From the NCBI GenBank assembly GCA_051003195.1, contig JBPCLP010000021.1:96001-160000 (forward strand): a stretch of 64,000 nt of DNA, written 5' to 3'. The translations under genes and the position numbers were made by a program. Positions within the stretch are counted from its first letter, which is position 1, and each line of letters begins with the position of its first letter. The notes below the pieces were generated by a model that was not told the origin of the DNA, did not search any database, and worked only from the letters and a program-made list of their open reading frames with translations. Below are positions 58,001-64,000 of the stretch, piece after piece. This stretch comes from Candidatus Sumerlaeaceae bacterium (GTDB lineage Bacteria > Sumerlaeota > Sumerlaeia > Sumerlaeales > Sumerlaeaceae).

Positions 58001-58774
58001 ATGCTCCTGGAAAACCTGACCTGGCGCGAAGTGAAGGCGCTGAATTTTGACAAGCTTCTGGTCGTGCTGCCGACGGGCGCGTTCGAGCAGCACGGTCCGC
58101 ACCTGCCGCTGACCACGGACACCGATATTGTCACCGCGGTGGCGCGTGGTGTGGAGCAACAGCGCCCCGAGACCGTGCTCTGTCTGCCCACCCTTTGGCT
58201 CGGTCACTCAACGCACCATCTGGCCTTTCCCGGCACGCTCAGTACCATGCAGGCGAACTACATGACAATGCTGACCGATGTGTGCAAAAGCATTGCGGCC
58301 ATGGGCGCGCGTCGCGTGTTTCTGCTTAATGGACATGGCGGCAACGATATTCCTGCCAAAGCCGCAATGCGCGAGTTGAAGAGCCAGCTGGGGCCAGCCG
58401 AGAAGCAGCCGCGTATCGTGTTCGCCTCCTACTGGTCGCTTGCAGCCGCGAGCATTAAAGCTATCCGGGAATCACAACTCGGCGGACTGGGACATGCGTG
58501 CGAGATGGAAACAAGCATCATGCTGCATCTATGCCCGGACCGCGTGCAGATGCAGCACGCCAGGCGCGACGGGCCAAAGCACGAATCGCCCTACCGCAAA
58601 TCCGATATGCAGTACGCACGCCCCGTTTACTTCGTGAACGAATTTCATGAAGTCACGGAGAACGGCACCATCGGGCATCCCGATCTCGCCACGCCCGAAA
58701 AGGGTGCGCGTTTCCTCGAAGCCATCATCCGCGACACTACCGCATTCGTCGACGATTTCGCGACGTGGGAGTGA
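58001..58774 (+). CDS. Creatininase family amidohydrolase
   Basis: Motifs EQHGPHLP..TD, S.HH..FPGT, NGHGGN and HACEMETS. Confidence 0.92.
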   Translation: MLLENLTWREVKALNFDKLLVVLPTGAFEQHGPHLPLTTDTDIVTAVARGVEQQRPETVLCLPTLWLGHSTHHLAFPGTLSTMQANYMTMLTDVCKSIAAMGARRVFLLNGHGGNDIPAKAAMRELKSQLGPAEKQPRIVFASYWSLAAASIKAIRESQLGGLGHACEMETSIMLHLCPDRVQMQHARRDGPKHESPYRKSDMQYARPVYFVNEFHEVTENGTIGHPDLATPEKGARFLEAIIRDTTAFVDDFATWE

Positions 58775-58817
58775 AAACGAGTTTGGAGTGCGGAAGCCGT
58801 GCTTCTGCTTTCATAAT

Positions 58818-59918
58818 GTGAAAATTACCCGAATCGAAACCATTCCCGTCGAGATCCCGATCAAACCGGAACTCGCGATCAAAAGCGGACGTGGCGGCTC
58901 CCACACAAAATCACCTTTCCTGGTGGTTCGCCTGCACACCGGCGATGGCCTCACAGGCCTGGGCGAAGTTTCCTGCACGCCGCGCTGGAGCGGCGAGGAC
59001 TCCACGACCGCCGCGCATTTCATCAATGCGTACTTTGCGCCGCTGCTGATCGGCCAGAATCCGGCCGACCTGGAACTTCTAATGCCGGCAATCAACTCGG
59101 TTATAGCCGGCAACCACTTTACAAAAGCAGCGATCGAAATGGCCTTGTGGGACATTGCGGGCAAAGCCGCTGGCAAGCCAGTGTACGAGCTGCTCGGCGG
59201 TGCCGTCCGCGATTTCGTTCCCACCAAGTGGTCGATCTCGGGTGTCGATCCGGCGCGCGCCGTGGAAATTGCAACATGGGCGCTACGCCAGGGATTTACC
59301 ACGATGAAGGTGAAGGTCGGCATCGATCCCGACGGTGACGTCGCTCGCGTACGAGCGGTTCGTTACGTCGTTGGACCAGACGTCAAACTTGGCGTGGACG
59401 CGAATGGCGGCTGGGGGGATGCTGACACTGCCGTGCGCACCATTGAGCGGCTGCACGAATTCGGCATCTATTTCGTCGAACAGCCCGTTCCGCAGTATGA
59501 CGTGTTTGGCATGGCGGACGTGCGCCGCCGAGTCAACCTGCCGGTGATTGCGGATGAGAGTGTCTACACGCCGCAGGACGCAGAAAATCTGGTACGCCAC
59601 AACGCAGCCGATGTTTTCTCAGTTTATATAGGCAAGGCAGGGGGCATCGCACCGGCGCGGCGCATCGCGGAGATTGCGCGAAACGCCGGCCTCGGCTGTA
59701 CCATCGGCAGCAACCTGGAACTGGGCATCGGCAGCGCTGCGATGCTGCACCTGGCACTCGCAACTTCCGCAATCACCGCCGAGCAATACCCTTGCGATGT
59801 GATTGGTCCATTTTTCTACGAGAGCGATATCATCGCTGAGCCATTCAACCTGGCGCCCGGCGCCGCTCGACCATCGGAACGGCCGGGTCTCGGGGTCCAG
59901 CTCCGGGACAAAATTTGA
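58818..59918 (+). CDS. Enolase superfamily (muconate cycloisomerase-like) enzyme
   Basis: Motifs ALWDIAGK, KVKVG, VDANG, EQP and ADES; GTG start. Confidence 0.9.
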   Translation: MKITRIETIPVEIPIKPELAIKSGRGGSHTKSPFLVVRLHTGDGLTGLGEVSCTPRWSGEDSTTAAHFINAYFAPLLIGQNPADLELLMPAINSVIAGNHFTKAAIEMALWDIAGKAAGKPVYELLGGAVRDFVPTKWSISGVDPARAVEIATWALRQGFTTMKVKVGIDPDGDVARVRAVRYVVGPDVKLGVDANGGWGDADTAVRTIERLHEFGIYFVEQPVPQYDVFGMADVRRRVNLPVIADESVYTPQDAENLVRHNAADVFSVYIGKAGGIAPARRIAEIARNAGLGCTIGSNLELGIGSAAMLHLALATSAITAEQYPCDVIGPFFYESDIIAEPFNLAPGAARPSERPGLGVQLRDKI

Positions 59919-59965
59919 GTTTTTGAATTCCGAATGCCGAAGTGCCCGGCCTGTGGCAGGTCGTA

Positions 59966-60886
59966 CTACGCTATGGCGGGGTGACTGACGTGCGCAGCAG
60001 ATTTACTGTCCGCAGGCTGCGGGGCCGGCAAATGATGCCGCGCGTACGCATGGGTGAACTCGGCACCGAAGAACACGAGTTGTGAGCTGAAGTACACCCA
60101 TAGCAGCAGCACGACAAACGATCCGGCCGCACCATAGACAGTGGTGAGCATACTGTGACCTAGGTAAAAACCGATCAGGAATTTACCCAGGGTAAATAGC
60201 AGCGCAGTGATGCATGCGCCCACCCAAACGTCCTGCCAGCGGACTTTCGTATCAGGTAGCAGGTGAAAAATTGTGCCGAATACAATGGTGACGACGCCGA
60301 AGCTGACAATGAGGTGAACAGTCTGGATGACGTATTTCATCCCGGGCGCCTGCGCGCCGAATGTTTCCTTGGCCGCCGAGAGTCCCGCGCTGAGCACGAG
60401 TGAAATGAGGAGTAGAAACCCGAAGCCAAGCACCAGCCCAAAGGAGAACAGGCGCCGCTTCAACAGATCGGTGACGCTCTTGTAGGGTGCAGGCGGTACT
60501 TTCCAGATGCGGTTGAGGGTATTCTGCAGTTCGGCGAATGTGCCGATGGCACCGATTAAGAGAAGTATTGTTCCAATGACCGTTGCAAGTTCACTCCGCA
60601 GGGGATGTTTGCTCGCCGAAACGATGAGCGTCTGCATCGCCTTTGCTCCCTCGGCTCCCAGCAGACCGCGAAGTTGCGCCACCACCTGCCCCGTGGCGGC
60701 TTCCGGACCAAAGGTGTAGCCAAGCACAGCCACACCCAGCATGAATAGCGGCGCGATCGACAGGACGCTGTAAAACGCCAGGGCGGCGCCCATGTGCGGA
60801 ACGTCATCATTCCACCAATGGATAAAGGATTCTCGCACAAGGCGTCGGCCCACGCGCCAGTCCATGCCGCGCATTTTCCACGTCAT
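59966..60886 (-). CDS. YihY/virulence factor BrkB family membrane protein
   Basis: Motifs AALAFYSVLS.APL, LNRIW, YGAAGS and FGAEF. Confidence 0.92.
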   Translation of the reverse strand: MTWKMRGMDWRVGRRLVRESFIHWWNDDVPHMGAALAFYSVLSIAPLFMLGVAVLGYTFGPEAATGQVVAQLRGLLGAEGAKAMQTLIVSASKHPLRSELATVIGTILLLIGAIGTFAELQNTLNRIWKVPPAPYKSVTDLLKRRLFSFGLVLGFGFLLLISLVLSAGLSAAKETFGAQAPGMKYVIQTVHLIVSFGVVTIVFGTIFHLLPDTKVRWQDVWVGACITALLFTLGKFLIGFYLGHSMLTTVYGAAGSFVVLLLWVYFSSQLVFFGAEFTHAYARHHLPAPQPADSKSAAHVSHPAIA

Positions 60887-60892
60887 GGGGAA

Positions 60893-60947
60893 GGGTCAGG
60901 GCAATGCCTGTGCCCAAGGCGTCAGGGGTCAGGGGTCCGGGGTCCGA
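60893..60947 (+). repeat. Short heptamer-type repeats (GGGGTCA/GGGGTCC)
   Basis: gggtcagggg...gtcaggggtcaggggtccggggtccg. Confidence 0.6.
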
Positions 60948-60959
60948 TTCCGGGATAAG

Positions 60960-61949
60960 TTAAATTTGCTGAACGAGCTCCCGGGCGGTTGGGGCAGGCT
61001 GCTTTTGCATGCCGAGCTTCTCAAGCAGGGCGGCGTCATGGTCGCTGCCGGGGTTAGGGGTGGTAAGCAGGCGTTCGCCCGCGAAGATCGAATTTGCTCC
61101 GGCGAGGAAACAAAGGGCCTGCGTTTCGTCGGACATGGACATACGCCCGGCGCTAAGCCGAACGCGCGCGCGCGGCATGCAAATGCGGGCGGTAGCGCAT
61201 GCACGCACCATTTCGATTCCGTCGATGGGTTGCTCGTCCTGCATGGGCGTACCCTCGACGGCGACGAGAGCGTTGATCGGAACGCTTTCCGGCTGCGGCT
61301 CTAAATTTGCCAGCTCACACAGCAGGCCAATGCGGTCTTCACGGCTTTCTCCCATTCCGAGAATTCCTCCGCAACAAACCTCAATCCCGGCGGCTCGCAC
61401 ATGACGCAGCGTCTCGAGCCGGTCCTCGTATGTGCGTGTCGTGATAATCTCGCCATAGTACTCCGGGCTGGTGTCGAGGTTGTGATTATACGCTTTCAGT
61501 CCCGCATCTTTGAGCCGTTGCGCCTGGCCAGCCGTGAGCATTCCGAGTGTGAGGCAACTTTCGAGACCGAGCGCATTGACTTCGCGCACCATTTCAAGCA
61601 CCTGGTCAAACTCTGCCCCGTCTCGCGGGCTACGCCATGCCGCGCCCATACAGAAGCGAGTGCTGCCGGCTTCGCGCGCGGCGTATGCCTGCGCTACAAC
61701 AGCTTCAACGTCGAGCAGCCGCTCGGACTTTACGTTGGTTTTGTGGTGAGCGCTTTGAGGACAATACGCACAATCTTCCGGACAGCCGCCGCTCTTAATA
61801 TTACTTAGAGTGCAATGCTGCACTTCATCGGTCGCGTGGTATTCGCGATGCACCAGCATTGCGCGGAGCATCAGCTCGGGAATTGGTAACTCGTAAATTC
61901 CCCGAACCTGATCGCGCGATACCGGAGCAGTGGGTTGTTCAAAATGCAC
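60960..61949 (-). CDS. bioB: Biotin synthase (radical SAM)
   Basis: Motifs [27 protein letters not shown] and ESVPIN. GTG start inferred; the ORF-track extension runs into the repeat. Confidence 0.95.
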   Translation of the reverse strand: MHFEQPTAPVSRDQVRGIYELPIPELMLRAMLVHREYHATDEVQHCTLSNIKSGGCPEDCAYCPQSAHHKTNVKSERLLDVEAVVAQAYAAREAGSTRFCMGAAWRSPRDGAEFDQVLEMVREVNALGLESCLTLGMLTAGQAQRLKDAGLKAYNHNLDTSPEYYGEIITTRTYEDRLETLRHVRAAGIEVCCGGILGMGESREDRIGLLCELANLEPQPESVPINALVAVEGTPMQDEQPIDGIEMVRACATARICMPRARVRLSAGRMSMSDETQALCFLAGANSIFAGERLLTTPNPGSDHDAALLEKLGMQKQPAPTARELVQQI

Positions 61950-61994
61950 GGCGGCAGATTGCGTGAATGATCGGATGCGATGCAAGCCGGAAAA

Positions 61995-62091
61995 CTCAGG
62001 GTGGTCTATCGTTAGTTCGTAATCAGTTCTGCGTGCCGATTCGAGGGTAAGTTTGCCTTTTGGTCTGGGAACCAATGATTTAGCGCGCTAG
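61995..62091 (-). repeat. ~96-bp dispersed structured repeat, copy C
   Basis: Reverse complement reads ctagcgcgctaaatca...cagaccaaaaggcaaacttaccctcgaatcggcacgcagaactgattacgaactaacgatagaccaccc, close to copy A. Confidence 0.88.
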
Positions 62092-63560
62092 GGCTGCAGA
62101 ACCCGCGCCGCAGGATCATCGGTTCCGATAAGCTCGGCAAGCGGAGACGAGGTACGCCCGCGCCGAACTTCGAAGCGCACGCCCGAGGTCCTGCTACCGG
62201 GAATGGTACCCGCATGCCCGATCATCTGGCCCGCCTCCACAGTATCGCCTTCCGCGGCTTCAAAGCCGGACAAGTATGCATAAACCGAGAACAGTTGTGA
62301 CTCATGCTGCAATATCAGCGTGTTGCCATAGCCGCGCACCTGGCCAGCGAAAGCCACGGTTCCATTCGCTGCCGCAACCACCGCAGCGCCAGCTTCCGCA
62401 GGAAGCACGACTCCGCGCTCCTGTGGCCGGTTGACGTTCGGCGGGGGGTCCGGTTTGCTGCGACGGCTGCCCACGTCTGCCGGCATGGGAGTGCCTGGAT
62501 CAATGAGTGGGCTATACTGCGGGCCCGCGCGCGGCGGGGCGGGCGCAAAGGACGCGAAACTCTGCCGCTGGTCGTGCTCGCGCGCAACTCCTTCGGCTTC
62601 GAGTACTGCTTTTAGCGCTTCAACTGGAGGCACGCGTGCAGCGAGGATGGATATGGTTCGCTCACGCGCGAGATCGGACTGCGTCTGTGTGACCGAATAC
62701 CTGCTGCGTTCCACCTCGACCGTACTGGGTTCCGGAAACCCTGCGGGATTCCAGTTCAGCTCCTCGTTAGCGGGAGCAGCCTTGCCTGCTTCGGCAAAGG
62801 ATAGCTCTTCAGAGGCGCGATTTAGCGTCTCCCGGAGAGGCGAAGATGCCTGGATGAGTTCATCGGCGCTGTTTGCATCGTCGCGAAAGGTCGTGCGCAA
62901 CACCGCGATTTGAGCCGCGGCAACATCTGCGGCACCTGCCAGGTAGCAGGGACGCGCCCCGCGCGCCACGTGCAGCAGGTAAACGGCGCCGGCGCCATTA
63001 CGTACATTCGTGCTCCGCCGCTCCGCCGTGCGCGACAACGCGTCGAAAGCATTGGCTAAACGCGCCGCACGCCGGCGCAGCGCGTTCAGTCTACCGGCCG
63101 CCAGTTCTTCAGCGGAAGGGAGCAGTTCTACAAAGTTCCAGCGCTCCTGGATGAGGGATGCGAGCCCGTAGATATCGCCTTTGAAGGTGCGGGCAGCGGT
63201 CGCGGGCGATGACGGCACTTTTGGAGCAGTGTCTTTCCGCGGCGGCGGGTCTTTCTCCGCCTTACTTGAATTACTCCGGCTGCTTTCTTTCGCCTGTGCC
63301 TTAGAATTGTTGTTTCGCACGCTGGCTGCAGGCGTCGATTTAGCCGGCGCGAAACTCTTTTGAGGTTTTTCCGCGTTTCCTTCGGTTGCCACGGCCTTCG
63401 ATGTAGGTTTGGTATTAGCCTTGGGCGCAGGTGATTTTACGACGACATGGTTTGCGGGGGAGCTGCTTTGCTTATCCGGCGATGCTTTCTGAGCGTGTGC
63501 GGCGAGCGGCCACAGAAGACACAATCCGGGTGCAACGGTCGTGAACCAGCGGCAAATCAC
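62088..63560 (-). CDS. EnvC-like protein with degenerate M23/LytM domain
   Basis: Signal peptide, low-complexity linker, AAANGTV, GYGNTLILQH and FEVR; Zn ligands absent; GTG start coupled to the upstream stop. Confidence 0.8.
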   Translation of the reverse strand: MICRWFTTVAPGLCLLWPLAAHAQKASPDKQSSSPANHVVVKSPAPKANTKPTSKAVATEGNAEKPQKSFAPAKSTPAASVRNNNSKAQAKESSRSNSSKAEKDPPPRKDTAPKVPSSPATAARTFKGDIYGLASLIQERWNFVELLPSAEELAAGRLNALRRRAARLANAFDALSRTAERRSTNVRNGAGAVYLLHVARGARPCYLAGAADVAAAQIAVLRTTFRDDANSADELIQASSPLRETLNRASEELSFAEAGKAAPANEELNWNPAGFPEPSTVEVERSRYSVTQTQSDLARERTISILAARVPPVEALKAVLEAEGVAREHDQRQSFASFAPAPPRAGPQYSPLIDPGTPMPADVGSRRSKPDPPPNVNRPQERGVVLPAEAGAAVVAAANGTVAFAGQVRGYGNTLILQHESQLFSVYAYLSGFEAAEGDTVEAGQMIGHAGTIPGSRTSGVRFEVRRGRTSSPLAELIGTDDPAARVLQP

Positions 63561-64000
63561 CGCCGTGCTTCCGAAGCGGGTCGTGCACGCAATGCCGAGG
63601 AGATGACGCCGGCAAGCAGCCAGAGCAGCGACATGAACAGCAACTCGCGCCAGCCAGCGATAATCGAATGCGACGGCAGCCGAAACTGAACAGCGGACGT
63701 GGAGTCGATTACCCGTAGCGCCAGCCAGGCACCGCTTAGCCCAATCAGAAATGCCATCAGTTGGCGGATGGCTTGAGCCAGCATCGCAGGCGCGTGCCTG
63801 CTCGTGCGCATAGCGTACAGCAGCAAGGCAATGCAAGAAACAGCCCACAGCCATCGGTGCATTGCAGAAGCGTACCAGTGCACATTTCGCGAAAATGCCA
63901 CGAGTTCCTCGAGTCCGTTGTCGTTAAAGACAACAAACTCCACCTCTGGCTCGCGGCTTATCTGGTCGCGTAAGGCACGCAGCAAGGCGGGATCATTCCC
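63557..64000 (-). CDS. C-terminal part of a membrane protein, possibly FtsX-like (truncated by the window edge)
   Basis: Three TM helices after a soluble loop; translationally coupled to the EnvC-like gene. Confidence 0.5.
   Translation of the reverse strand, partial: GNDPALLRALRDQISREPEVEFVVFNDNGLEELVAFSRNVHWYASAMHRWLWAVSCIALLLYAMRTSRHAPAMLAQAIRQLMAFLIGLSGAWLALRVIDSTSAVQFRLPSHSIIAGWRELLFMSLLWLLAGVISSALRARPASEARR

Noticed and set aside
60893..60947. Heptamer repeats as a functional system
   Set aside because: The tract is short and imperfect; such intergenic heptamer runs are common and nothing here points to a function.
62088..62450. Loss of Zn ligands in the M23 domain as a novelty
   Set aside because: Degenerate LytM domains are the established hallmark of EnvC-type amidase activators.

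Overview
This is a gene-dense, moderately GC-rich bacterial chromosome segment. It is most likely from Candidatus Sumerlaeota (BRC1) or a related lineage, inferred from four paralogous 'FTLIELLIVV..AVPNFLEAQVR' pilin-like genes. It carries housekeeping and envelope genes (truncated secretin, folC, hisG, gluQ, bioB, apt, lutB/C-type pair, DsbA, an EnvC-like protein and a possible FtsX). It also has three sugar/acid catabolic clusters, a MacAB-type ABC exporter operon preceded by a Cys-rich leader ORF, a Phd-VapC toxin-antitoxin pair, a beta-lactamase-like/APH-like gene pair and a solitary IS200-type HUH (Y1) transposase. No rRNA, tRNA or CRISPR array was recognised. Two non-coding signals stand out. 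The first is a ~96-bp structured element in four copies (21759, 56355, 56451 and reverse at 62091), with a stem showing compensatory base changes, a variable loop, a conserved tail and C(T/C)AG boundaries that overlap upstream stop codons. The second is a REP-like locus next to the Y1 transposase, where a perfect 32-bp inverted repeat pair encloses three ~63-bp tandem repeats. Several enzymes have lost canonical catalytic residues (L,D-transpeptidase, MBL-fold protein, class A beta-lactamase, APH-like kinase). All protein calls come from motif recognition by eye; no database searches were run.
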